A stretch of DNA of 64,000 bases from Eledone cirrhosa (lineage: Eukaryota), in the NCBI GenBank assembly GCA_964016885.1, contig OZ024745.1:51150001-51214000 (forward strand), given 5' to 3'. Both the position numbers and the translations under genes were made by a program. Of the stretch, positions 15,422 through 28,162 are shown piece by piece; the first letter of the stretch is position 1; each line of letters begins with the position of its first letter. Below the pieces are notes generated by a model that was not told the origin of the DNA, did no database searches, and saw only the letters and a list, made by a program, of their open reading frames with translations.

Positions 15422-15424
<3 letters not shown>
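14510..15424 (-). mobile_element. Tc1/mariner maT-type (DD37D) DNA transposon, internally deleted
   Basis: 25-bp TIRs cagggtgttcgggataaatttgacag flanked by TA. Transposase pieces 14999-15307 (HTH region) and 14634-14945 (QQD*APCH...WPPNSPDLNPMD), with 37 residues between the 2nd and 3rd Asp. Confidence 0.9.
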
Positions 15425-15478
<54 letters not shown>

Positions 15479-15631
15479 ATATAGTAAGAAACACAGTAAA
15501 CCGTGTGTCCAAAATTACAAGGGTTGAAAAACCACATATGCTTGAAATATTTAACCAAGAAACAGACAGAATGACGAAATGAAAATAAAAATATATTATC
15601 AAATAATACAAACCGCCTCAATAACCATTAT

Positions 15632-15713
15632 ATCTCTCGGACAGATTATCCCTAATCTGTTTCGCCCTGAGTGTGTTTGTAACAGATAATCCTGGGCTTC
15701 ATCAGCGAGAGAT
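15632..15713 (-). ncRNA. Type I hammerhead ribozyme, well-formed stems I and III
   Basis: atctctcg-CTGATGA-a-gccc-(26 nt)-gggc-GAAA-cagatta-ggga-taatctg-TC-cgagagat. GUC cleavage predicted between 15640 and 15639. Confidence 0.88.
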
Positions 15714-16102
15714 TGCGATTAAATGCCACAAACACTATATGCCAACGTTCACACAGAAAGATGAATTCATCACCTCGTGCTTCACCAGCCAAACGTGGTA
15801 AGCGCGTGTTGAACAGAAATAACAGTCAAACACGCACAACTTAATAGCTCATCCTGTAAGAGAGCCGAAATATATATATATGAATTAGAACCCTGTAACC
15901 ATTAAGCTCTAAGTATAAAGTACAAATAAATACTGAGCCGATTAACAATATATAGTAAGAAACACAGTAAACCGTGTGTCCAAAATTACAAGGGTTGAAA
16001 AACCACATATGCTTGAAATATTTAACCAAGAAACAGACAGAATGACGAAATGAAAATAAAAATATATTATCAAATAATACAAACCGCCTCAATAACCATT
16101 AT

Positions 16103-16184
16103 ATCTCTCGGACAGATTATCCCTAATCTGTTTCGCCCTGAGTGTGTTTGTAACAGATAATCCTGGGCTTCATCAGCGAGAGAT
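16103..16184 (-). ncRNA. Type I hammerhead ribozyme (second tandem copy)
   Basis: Identical to 15632-15713 shifted by 471 bp. Confidence 0.88.
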
Positions 16185-16464
16185 TGCGATTAAATGCCAC
16201 AAACACTATATGCCAACGTTCACACAGAAAGATGAATTCATCACCTCGTGCTTCGCCAGCCAAACGTGGTAAGCGCGTGTTGAACAGAAATAACAGTCAA
16301 ACACGCACAACTTAATAGCTCATCCTGTAAGAGAGCCGAAATATATATATATGAATTAGAACCCTGTAACCATTAAGCTCTAAGTATAAAGTACAAATAA
16401 ATACTGAGCCGATTAACAATATATAGTAAGAAACACAGTAAACCGTGTGTCCAAAATTACACAC

Positions 16465-16559
<95 letters not shown>

Positions 16560-16560
<1 letters not shown>

Positions 16561-16711
16561 ATCCCGGGTCAAATAGGCAGGTAACCACAGCAAGTAAGGT
16601 ATTCAATACATAGCAGAGTATAAATATTTAATATAGAAATGGCTTCTACAGGACTAGAAGTGTTTCATTTGAATGAAACAGTTCTAGTCTTGTAGAAGCC
16701 ATTTTTATATT
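16560..16711. repeat. Short dispersed element (family C) with 40-bp fold-back
   Basis: aatatagaaatggcttctacaggactagaagtgtttcatt-tg-aatgaaacagttctagtc... Relatives at ~4660-4717 and ~34580-34710. Confidence 0.75.
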
Positions 16712-16712
16712 T

Positions 16713-16785
<73 letters not shown>

Positions 16786-16790
<5 letters not shown>

Positions 16791-19391
16791 GAGGCGGATT
16801 TTCAGGTCTTTACGAAGGTCCGACTTCCACACCGATCTCAAGCTGTGGCACGCCGCCTAGGCTTTGCTCTTCCTCGCAACTACATCATCCTCCGTATTCC
16901 CAATCTTTGCTCCCAAATACAGGAAGCCCTCAACCAATTCTAACGGCTTGCCGCCTACATTAGTGATCCCTTCTAGCTTCTCAACATTCTCTACCAGATA
17001 TTTTGTTTTAGTCTCATTCATTCTCAGCCCCACACTCATCGACACAGTCTCAACCTCCCGCATCAAATCCTCTGCCCCCTTCACTCTATTTGTCACTAAA
17101 ACTATGTCGTCGGCAAATTCAGCATCTGATACATTTTTCGCCTTAACTCTCCTGCTCTGAGCCGGTGCTACAGTAAAGCCAGAGTCCTGGTGTTTCTCCA
17201 GTGCAAGGCGCATACAATAGTCCACTACGATGATAAAAAGGTAGGGAGCCAATGTATCTCCCTGGAGCATTCCAGCCAGTATCTCAAAGAACTCTGTCAT
17301 CCCATCAAGTGTAATGATTTGTGCTTTGGTGTTGGTGTAGAGCAATGGTATCAGGTCCACTATCTTCTTGGGGATTCCATAAGCCTGTAAGATCTTCATC
17401 AGGCAGTGACGGTCCACAGAATCAAAGGCCACAAGAAGGCACTTTGCTCTAGCTACCTCTAATATCCTCTTCAGCATTAGGATGTGACTGGTGGTTGATC
17501 TTCCCTCTCTGAAGCCGTTCTGATTGTCCCTGAGCTTCTTCTCCATCTCAGGCTGGATCCTGTTAAGAATCATCCTGTTGAGGGTCTTTGCCACAAGTGA
17601 CGTCAGTGAGATCCCCCTGTAGTTGTTGGTGTTAGAGATATCTCCATTCTTTGGCACTGGGACGATGTTACTGATCCTCCACTGATTTGGGGCAACTCCT
17701 TTCTCCCGTGCCCGGTTACAGAACCCCAGGATGATATCATCAAAATCACACCTCTTCATCACCTCTGATGCCACTCCATCTTCTCCATGAGCCTTGCCCG
17801 CCTTAATCCTCTTCTTGGCTCTCTGAAGCCCCTCTCTGGTGAAGGGCTGTCTCAATATCCAGTTCTTCAAACAGCTGCCTGATCTCCCCAGTACTCTGAG
17901 CTGTGGAGGGTGGTTCTCCTAGTAGGGTCCTAAAAGGGTCTAGCCATTTCATCTTCCTATCCTAGGGCCTCGTTCCCTGGATCTGACTCGAACACCTTCT
18001 CTTCGTCCCTGTGATCTCGTTGATGATCATCCAGCTCTCCTTACATCCAGATCTGTCAACCGCTCTCTCCACACTTCTGATCTTCTCTATCAGTGCCTCC
18101 TTTCTGACCTCAGTGTAAGCGGTACAGAGTTCTTCCCTCATCACCTCCACAGTCTCCATCCTCTCCTCCGTAGGATCAGCATAGAATTGGTCCTTGGCAG
18201 CTTTCAGGTGTTCTCTGGCTGCACACACTTTTGAGTTTGCAGAGCTGACGTGCCTCCTTTTGTTCTTTTTCCTCAGCACCAGGGTTTCACTTGCTTCCGC
18301 CACTGCATTGGTGAAGTGCCCGTACCTCCTCGTCACACTCTCCTCAGTCCATCCAATCTCTCTCCTCTGACTCTCCACACAGAGCACTGAACCTGCTCCT
18401 CACTTCCACTGTGAACCTCTCCTGTAGCTTATCAACTTCCTTGAAAGCTCCCCAGTCATAGATTGCTCTCCGGAGCTGAGCCGTGCTCTTTCTTAAGCTC
18501 ACCCGGACCTCACTCATAACAAGCCGGTGGTCACTACCCAGTGTACTAAAATAGTTGTATGGTTCTGTGTTCAGAACACTATTCCACCACTTTTTCCTCA
18601 CCAGAATGAAATCAATCTGGGACTTGGACAGGTGCATATCTGAGATGTAGGTCCACATCTTCCCCAGATTCTTCCTAAACCTTAGGTTGATCGCTATCAA
18701 GTTCGCCTCCAGCAGGGTGTCTCTCAGTAGTCTTCCATTTCGGTTGGTGTTGTTATGGAAGTACCAGCAAGGATCTTCACTGCCCTCCTTACTCAGATGT
18801 GCATTGAAGTCCCCCAAAACAAGCAGGATGTTGTGTGCTTGAATGGTGTTGACAGCTCAACACACCTCCTCATGGAACTCTTCCGCACTCACATCACTGT
18901 CCCCCTCGGTTGGACTATAGGATGAGATGACTGAAAAGATGTCGTAAAGACCTGAAAATTCGCCTCTTCATTGATATAGTGGAGTCTGTGCTGCTGTACG
19001 GGTCTGAGACTTGGACACTGACCAAGAAACTCACTCAGATGGTGGATGGGTGCTACACAAGAATGCTGAGGATGGCTCTGAACATTAATCAGTAAACACT
19101 GAGGATGAAAAGCTGTATAGGAGCCTCCCAAAAGTCAGCTCAAAAGTGACACAGAGGAGACTGAGGTTAGCTGGACATGCTCACCGACATCCAGAATTGA
19201 CATTGCACTCAGTGCTCCTCTGGGAGCCCCTACATGGACACACTGGAAGAGGAAGACCAAGGTTAACGTATGTTGATGCCCTAAGGACAGACAGTGGTCT
19301 GTTGGAGACGCAGGACATGGCAGCGATAATGAGGGACAGAGACCGCTGGTGAGAACTCATCCATGGATCTCGGGAATTTTACCCGCCCTAG
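16786..19391. mobile_element. RTE-clade LINE with 5' inversion (EN+RT on minus 16786-18940, 3' end on plus 18942-19391)
   Basis: APE motifs YSPT, GDFNAH, IDFIL and SDHRLV. RT motifs YRGISL, QNGFR, LQGDTLAPYLF and FADD. The C-terminus ESVLLYGSETWTL continues on the opposite strand. Confidence 0.9.
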
Positions 19392-19400
19392 ATAGATATA

Positions 19401-22400
19401 TCTATATATATATATAAAACGGTAGATGTCTGCCTGTGTGTGTGTATGATCTTTATGCATTTCCACATTTCTCTACCGATTTTAATGACTTTTTTCCAAT
19501 GTGCTTCAAATTTACCAGGGCAGGTCAGTGTGTAATTATTTTCGCCAAACATTTCCTGCTTCTATGAAAAAAAATCGATAAAACTAAATACATGCTGTAA
19601 CCCTCTCTCTTACACGCTTCATTCCTCTCACTACTACCATAAAAAATATATGAAACTACATACATGTTGCAACTCTCTTTAAAAAGTTCATCCTTTCCTC
19701 TTCTCCACTCTCAATCTCCTCTGCAACTCTCTTTAAAAGGTTACTGCCTATCACCATTACAGTTTAAGGTTACCCTATCACCATTACAGTTTAGAACACC
19801 GACAAAACTTCTTTTGAAGGAACGCGACACACACTTTGAAACCTAAGCAACAGAAGAACCATAGCTTTACTCTCTCCGTCGCTCTTCCCTCTCTATACAA
19901 TAGATTATTCCCCCTCTCTACAGTCATAACGACACTCATACATCAAATATCAAAATTTAAAAACCCGATAACACTAAATACATATTGCTCTCTCAACTTT
20001 ACATTTTCCCCACTTACATTTTTCATCAAATAACAAATATTCAAAAGCAACAGATGAATTTATAAAACAACAAACGTAACAATAACGACGCTTAAGCATT
20101 TATTTACATGATTCTCAACAAAGACATTATATTTTATTGATGTCCTTTTTGTAATTTTCTTTGTTTGTTTTTCTCAATATGAAACAAAAAATTAATGAGA
20201 AAACCTTTTTCACGGGATTCTATTCAAAGTCGGGACAATTATTGCTTTTGGTCAGGAGAAGGTCATGAAGCAAACACATTTCAAATCAATCAACAATAAG
20301 GGCAACATTCTATCATGATCATTCCCCCCTCTCTATAATTTAACTGCTTTACTCTCTCTGTCGCTCTTCACTCCCTATATGAAAACGCTGCAGAGAGAGA
20401 AACAATGTATATGATCAAATGGAGCGTTCCGTATATTCCCCCTCTCTATAATTTAACTGCTTTACTCTCTCTGTCGCTCTTCACTCCCTATATGACAACA
20501 CTGCAGTGGAGCGTTCCGTATTGACATACGGTTTATCTGGGGCATTTTCAATCGGCTTATTGCAAATAACAACCCTCAAAATAACACTTCATATAACAGA
20601 TTAATGCTATAAACATATGAATCGGAATGTAACTCGTGAACCTTTTCCTGGGCAAAATTATTCGAACAGACATGACCTCATTGCCAGAGTGTCAGACTGA
20701 AACTGGCTAAACTCATGGGTTTAATCAAAATGGTCAGGTATTTGGGGCTGTAAAATGTGACATGTTCACCGTCTAATGGCAAAAACGAGGGCTGCCACAT
20801 GCTCACATTTTGATTTGGTTAGCTGTTAAAATCAATTCAAATGACATAGACAGCTTCATTTCGGCTGAAATGCCTAACCCAGCAACTGACCAGGAATTAC
20901 ATGACATCGTCAAAGCTAACATGGTCTCAGTGCGTCGGGTCCTAATGGGCATCACACGTGTCTGAAAGGCTGGGGTGGTCGTGCAGTAAGGGATACCCCA
21001 ACAAATTTGTTGACCAGACTCAGACTGGTGACGACGGGTACCCCCTGTACAGGCGCAGACGGCCCGAGAACGGTGGCTTCACCACAACAGTAAGGGGAGG
21101 TCAAGTCGACAATAGATGGGTGGTCCCTTACTGCCCGCTTCTCTTGAAGATGTTCAACGCCCACATCAACGATGAGTTTTGCAACTCCGTCAAGTCGATA
21201 AAATCCATATGCAAATATGTAAATAAGGGGTCTGATGCCGCAATGTTCGCATTTCAAGCTGAAAATAGCAGGGATGAGGTCACAGAATACCTGGCAGGGT
21301 GGTACATCAGTAGCAATGAAGCTTTTTGGCGCCTATTTGGTTTACCACTACACCAACGTCATTCCGCTATCGTACAGCTTGCTGTACATTTAGAAAATGG
21401 GCAAAGGGTTTACTTTACGGACCAAACCGCCGCCAAGTTAGCCGTCGATCCGAAAGAGACCACTCTGAGGGGTTTCTTCAAACTTTGCCAGTTCGATACA
21501 TTTGCGCAAACAATTGTGTACTCCCACGTTCCATCCTACTTTATATGGTCGAAAAACACTTGGGTGCGAAGAAAGTCAGGTCAGGCTGCTGAAAGACATC
21601 CTGGTGTACAATTTGACAGCTGTCTTGGAAGGGTTTACACTGTGCCCCCAAGTCAGCATGAGTGCTTTCATCTCCGCCTTCTTCTGCATGAAGTTGTAGG
21701 CCCACAAAGTTTTCAGGACCTCAAAACTGTTGATGGAGAAATATGTGATACGTACCGAGAAGCCTGCTTTAAGCGTGGTCTTTTGGAAGATGATTCGCAA
21801 TGGGATTCCACTTTAGCAGAGGGTGCTTTGTTGAAATCACCTAAAGGTCTACGGGAACTCTTTGTCATTTTGCTTCAAAAGTGTGAATTGGGTGATCCCA
21901 AATCTTTATGGGTCAAGTACAGAGACTTCATGTCTGAGGACTTCCTTCGCCTGGCTCATCTGCAGTATATTTCAGTCGAAGTTGGTTACAGCGACATTAT
22001 CTACAACAGGGCACTCATTGATATCGAGGACGCCCTCCTCGACATGGGTGGGAGTGAGTTGGCGACGTATGGCTTGCCGTCAACCGTCAGAGAGGAAGAT
22101 AACACGTTGGTCCCGGATTTGTTGCGGAAACAGCATGACATGGAATCTCTTTCCCAATACTTAGAGGAAAATGAGCCCAAACTTCTGTCGGACCAAAGGT
22201 TGGCCTATTTAACTATCATTGACGCGGTTCAAAATCAGACTGGGGGTATTTATTCTCTCGATGCTCCTGGGGGTACCGGAAAAACTTATGTAAGGAAATT
22301 GATTCTCGCTAAGATTCGTCAGGAGAAAAAAATTGCGCTGGCCGTTGCATCGTCCGGGATCGCTGCTACTTTGCTGCCGGGAGGCAGGACAGCACATTCA

Positions 22401-23827
22401 ACCTTTAAAATCCCCTTGGATTTAGAAAAAACTGAGACACCAACGTGCAATATCATCAAGAGTTCACACGAAGCTCTGGTTCTCAAAAAATGTTGCCTCA
22501 TTGTTTGGGATGAGTGCACGATAGCACACAAGGGTGCCCTTGAGGCATTGGACGTGACCCGGAAATACATTAGGGATTCTACGGCTCCTATGGGTGGCGT
22601 AACCCTTCTGCTATCAGGGGGTTTTCGGCAAACGCTGCCTGTCATCCCCAAAGGGACAAGAGCTGATGAAGTGCGTGCCTGCCTTAAGTCGTCCATGTTG
22701 TGACTCCAGGTGAAGAGTTTGTACCTGAGCACAAATATGCGTGCTCATTTGCATGGTGACAACATGTCTTCAGCATTTACTCAGAATATTTTAGCACTTG
22801 GTGAGGGCAAGGTCCCTGCGGATGACAAGGGCGGCATAGCAATCAACTCCCTGTACAACATTGTGAGCAGCCCTTCTGACCTTTGGGAAGCAGCTTTTCC
22901 TAATGTCTCACCTAACTTTAAAAACCTCGATTGGCTCAGCGAAAGAGCCATCCTTGCTCCGAAAAATACCATGGTTAATTTTATTAACGAGCAGCTGATT
23001 GAGAAGATTCCGGTAAAGAACACATCTTCAAATCTATCGACTGGACGTCAGACCCCCACGATATCGTTAATTATCCGGTTGAGTTATTAAATTTCCTTGA
23101 GCCCCCAGGGCTCGCACCTCATTTTCTTATGCTTAGGGTTGGCTGTCCCATTATGCTAATAAGGAACTTGCGTCCACCAAAGCAGTGCAACGGTACTCGC
23201 ATGGTCGTCAAGTCACTAAAACTCCACTTGATTGAGGCTACCATTGTAACGGGGTGCGGCAGAGGGGAGAATGTTTTCATTCCAAGGATGAACCTTTTCC
23301 CCTCGGCGCCAGATATCCCGTTCGATTTCCGGCGATCTCAATTCCCGGTGAGACCATGTTTTGCCATGTCCATTAACAAGTCACAAGGGCAAACATTGTC
23401 GGTGGCGGGCATCAATTTGGGGGAGCCATTCTTCTCCCATGGCCAACTTTATGTTGCCTGTTCCCGCTTACAAGGGATGACACGCAATATCTTCTACAAA
23501 GAGGTGCTATATATGTTGGTGCAGATGTTGGAGGTGTTGGAGCTATGCCGTCTGGAAAACTGGTACGGTCACCCATAGCGGACAGATCTGACACCCAGCG
23601 GCATCAGTGCCACCATCTTGCAAATTTGGTCTACTAATTTCGCTATTGGAAGATTATTAATCCATCATTGATTGTCCAAAATTCTAATTGGTTCGTAACT
23701 ATTAATAACCGGTTCAACTGCTTTATGCACTTAATTGATAAACTTATGCGCTTTCAAGCTACGTTTACCTGTATATAACTTTTCATAGCAAATGAACAAA
23801 CCCGAGCAACGCCAGGCTAAACTGGTA

Positions 23828-23828
<1 letters not shown>
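19401..23828 (+). mobile_element. Helitron, decayed autonomous copy
   Basis: 5' TCTATATATA..AAAAC..GATGTCTG end and 3' hairpin cccgagcaacgccagg followed by gtagt. Contains RepHel remnants. Confidence 0.8.
20600..23510 (+). pseudogene. Helitron Rep/Pif1 helicase (RepHel), disrupted
   Basis: HUH motif V*WQKRGLPHAHILIWL at ~20770 and KYVNKG. Helicase motifs DAPGGTGKT, VASSGIAATLLPGGRTAHSTF, IVWDE and QFPVRPCFAMSINKSQGQT. Stops and frameshifts split it into ORFs 20958-22703, 22710-23090 and 23129-23578. Confidence 0.95.
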
Positions 23829-23873
<45 letters not shown>

Positions 23874-23999
23874 CTACTTGTTGAAAAATGAAAAATGAAA
23901 TATAGACAAGCAACGAAAAGACATATGTGTTTAAAATAACTGAATAACCTGTACCGCAGTTATTGAATAATATTTATAATCTACTTTCAAAATTCGATA

Positions 24000-24070
<71 letters not shown>

Positions 24071-24091
24071 ACACGCACCCACACACACACA

Positions 24092-24155
<64 letters not shown>

Positions 24156-24162
24156 TATATAT

Positions 24163-24856
24163 ATACAAAGTGTTAAAACGATCAAATTTTAGTTTAGAGC
24201 ATTTATTTGCTGACAATTGTTTCTTTCATAGGGAAGTCTGGAATCATCGGAGCATAGGGAATGTCTGAACATGTGACTAAAATCCTAGTCATTCAGAACA
24301 TTTAGGATTCATATGTGTTGTTAATGTCATCGTCATCATGTGGAGTGCCAGGAGTTAAAAATATGGTATGCTTGAGAGAACACAATTACAAGCAGCACTG
24401 GTTGAAAGTGTAAGAGGTATGAGGAAAAATACATGCAAAAAACTTATAAGCAAGGAAAAATGTGGGATAGGATAGACATAAGATATAAGATGTCTTAACA
24501 TTGGAGACCAGTTAAGATATCTTATATCTTATATCTTATGTCTATCCTATCCCACATTTTTCCTTGCTTATAACGTTTTTGCCTGTACATTTTGCTTATA
24601 CCTCTTACACTTTCAACCAGTGCTGCCTGTAATTGTGTTCTCTCAAGCATAACATATTTTTAACTCCTGACTCTCCACATGATGTCTATGACACTAACAA
24701 CACATATGTATCCTAAATGTTCTGAATGACTATGATTTTAGTCACATGTTTTGACATTCCCTATGCTCTGATGAGTTCAGACTTCCTTCTGGAAGAAACA
24801 ATTGTCAGCAAATAAATGTTCTAAACTAAAATTTGATCTTTTTGACACTTTGTATC
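24163..24856. repeat. Large inverted repeat (~340-bp arms) of HHR-bearing family A
   Basis: The left arm is the diverged reverse complement of the right arm, apex near 24500. Same family at ~6000-6185. Confidence 0.85.
24764..24810 (+). ncRNA. Minimal type I hammerhead ribozyme
   Basis: tgct-CTGATGA-g-ttcaga-cttcct-tctgga-a-GAAAC-aatt-GTC-agca with palindromic stem III acaattgt. Variant mirror copy at 24208-24254 (minus). Confidence 0.75.
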
Positions 24857-24958
24857 CCGACTCTGTAAAACACTTGATAATTTGCATTGAGCCTTTTGTC
24901 ATACCGGCAACCAGCTTGTACTTAGTACTATCCTCCATATTTATAATTGTATTAAATA

Positions 24959-25730
24959 CTAGCAGTGGTACCCGGCGTTGCACAGGATAAGGTATTTTGG
25001 AAAGCGAGCCGCCAACAGACCTAATCGTGGAAAAACTGCATGCCTGGACAATATGTAAAGAAAATAAACAAAATAATCTGATGGCTGGATAATCTTTAAG
25101 ATTTTCCTCAATGAAGCAGAAAAATACAGGTTTTCACCTGGTGCGGGCCCTAGGGGATCAAGAAAATGATTTTTTTTTATGTGCATAATATGCCTTGAAA
25201 TTTCTGGAAAATCGGCTTGACGTAACGCCTCCCAAAAGCCCCCCAAATTAAAAAAAACGCAGTTTTTCACCTAATGCGGGTCCCAGAAGTTCAAAAAGTT
25301 GAATTTATGTGCATAACACTCCCTGAAACATAAGTAATACACATGTAAAGTTTGAAAAACATCGGTTGCGTACTTCTCGAGTTTTAGGGATTCAAACTCA
25401 CACACACACACACACATACAGACATACATCCTCAGGGAAGTGACGTAATGCAGACAGCTAGACATACAGGCAGATATTATAAGGGCGCCACGTTATATGT
25501 ATGTATCTATCTAAAAAGAGAAAGACTAAGAATTATAGAGAGAGATCGCTAAATCGCCTAATGTGGTACCTAGAGCATTGGAAATTTGAAATTCTTTTTA
25601 TCAGAACACTCCCTGAAACATAAGTATTACATGTGTAAAGTTTGAAAACAGTCGGTTGAGTGGTTCTCGAGTTTTAGGGATTCAAACTATCACACACACA
25701 GACAGACATCCTCAGTTTTATATATATAGA
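24959..25730 (-). mobile_element. Non-autonomous Helitron
   Basis: Minus strand starts TCTATATATATAAAACTGAGGATGTCTGTCTG and ends cctgtgcaacgccgggtaccactgCTAG. Termini resemble those of 19401-23828. Confidence 0.8.
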
Positions 25731-25822
25731 TATATAAATATAAATATTCTTATTACTTTATATATATACACACACACATACTCACACACACACACACACA
25801 CACACATACACACACACACACA

Positions 25823-25916
<94 letters not shown>

Positions 25917-26030
25917 TTTATATATATATATTATATATATATATATAGTAAAAATAATGGAGCAAAGGACTCGCGTATAATCCTGTAATTGAAGGAGCTC
26001 AAAGGAAATAGCTTTCCTGGGCACTTTAAA

Positions 26031-26823
26031 ATACAATATATAGAGGGGAAAGACACAGAAGAGTGTGTTTTTCATTACAGGAATTATTTCAAACCACTAG
26101 CGTGAGAAGAATATAAGCTACTAGAGGCATTGGTAAAACATTAAAATTAAAAGTATAAATTAAAATGAAACCATCCTCACCTAAATCACACATGTACACA
26201 CTCACCAGGAGCATGTTTCGCCATTTTAGTGGGTTCCAATACGGCCCGGTGGGTCGTCAGCATGTGGAAGGCCGATATTGTCCGCACTACTAGAGAGAAC
26301 TAAAGTAAACCACCCTTCGCACGTGTAGAGATAAGGGAAATGCGTTACAGGATTATTAATTACATGATTATACGCAAGTCCTTTGCTCCGTTATTCTTAC
26401 TTGATATTTGCTCCTTGCGCTCTCTCTGCTGTTGAGCACCATAAATTGAATAGTATAGGCCGCCATTTCTAGCAGCTTGTTCTGTTCATGCCACCGGCTA
26501 CTGCCGCGCGCACGCATTTCTCTTATGTCTACACGTGCGAAAGGTAGTTTACTTTAGTTCTCTCTAGTAGTGCGGACAATATCGGCCTGCCACATGCGGA
26601 CGACCCACTGGGCCCTATTGGAACCCACTAAAATGGTGAAACATGCTCCTGGTGAGTGTGTACATGTGTGTTTTAGATGAGGATGGTTTCATTTCAATTT
26701 ATACTTTTAATTTTAATGTTTTACCAATGCCTCTAGTAGCTTATATTCTCCTCGCGCTGGTGGTTTGAAATTCCTGTAAAGAAATACACACTCTTCTGTG
26801 TCATTGCCCTCTATATATTGTAT
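26031..26823. repeat. Inverted repeat with ~310-bp arms and degenerate HHR-like motif
   Basis: 26031-26345 is the reverse complement of ~26513-26823. The arms contain CTGACGA-ccca...tggc-GAAACATG. Confidence 0.8.
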
Positions 26824-27007
26824 ATATATGTATGGAATAGAATGAAACGAAATTTCATTTCTCACTCTTAGTACGGCAGTTACTTAAATGTAATTAGGGC
26901 TGTTTGTTTGTTTACAAACCGAGTACTATAATAAATGTTCGGTAAACCGATACGTGCATATATATATATGTGCATGTATGTATATATACATACTTCTGTA
27001 CGTGTGT

Positions 27008-27061
<54 letters not shown>

Positions 27062-27064
<3 letters not shown>

Positions 27065-28123
27065 CACACTCCCCCCGGCCTGAACTCCCCACCCTTATTC
27101 CTTTAGCGTTCGACCGCCCCCCCCCCCCACACACACACTTATCCCCCACTAACACCACTAACACACCCCTCCTTTTCACCGCCCACCCCACACTAACAAT
27201 ACTAACACCTCCACTGCACCCCTCATCTGACCACCCTTCCCCAGCTAACATACTAACATCCCCTCCCTCCCCTCTTCTCCTCCTCCCCCTCCTTATCACA
27301 CGCACACACGCACCCACTTACACCACCCACCCCACACGCAACTAACATCACTAAAACCCCCCAACCCCACGCACACGTACCCACACACCCTCGTACACCA
27401 CCAACTCTACACACCCTACCACCACTAACCGCCACTCACAACTGCATTCCACCCCTCCCCACCTCCCGTATACTAACACCCACTAACACCTCTTCACCCA
27501 ACTACACACACACCAGTACACCACACTCCCTCCATAGAACCACACACACCCTTCTCTCCCCGCTCCACACTCACTCATCCCACTAACACCCCTACTAATA
27601 CACACACACACACACGCACACCCTCCTCACTCCAACTCTCACACCTACCCATCCTCGCCTCCCTACCATTCCGCGGACTGCTGCTATGCCCTTCCGACCA
27701 CCTCTCAGCACCAACTGACCACAGCACTCCCACTGCTGACCACTTCCTGTTGCGCGCGCACCCCACATCTCTCCTCTTCCGACCACCGCTTCTTGGATTA
27801 CCCACACGCGAAATTGACTTCTAACCAAATCTCCAAACATCCGTGGAACTTACCAACTTTTCAACCATCCTCTTACACCATCACCTATATAACTCACCCA
27901 CACACACACCCCAACAAAAAACTTTTTATCCAAACGCCACCCACACCCACAACACGCTTAAACCACACACACGTGCTTCCCACCACATATTTACACCCTC
28001 AGCCTCCTGATTCCTCTCCCCCCACCCCCTATCCACACACGCACAGACACTCCGACCCACAAAACACCCCCCACACACACCTTCCTGAACATGCAACCCC
28101 GTTCTTCCCCCAACCCTCACTTT

Positions 28124-28162
<39 letters not shown>

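Larger units (their letters stand above)
15475..16461 (-). mobile_element. Retrozyme-like tandem array: 2.1 copies of a 471-bp non-coding unit, one HHR per unit
   Basis: Unit starts at 15475, 15946 and 16417. Monomers differ at ~1 base. Both flanks are microsatellite. Confidence 0.85.
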
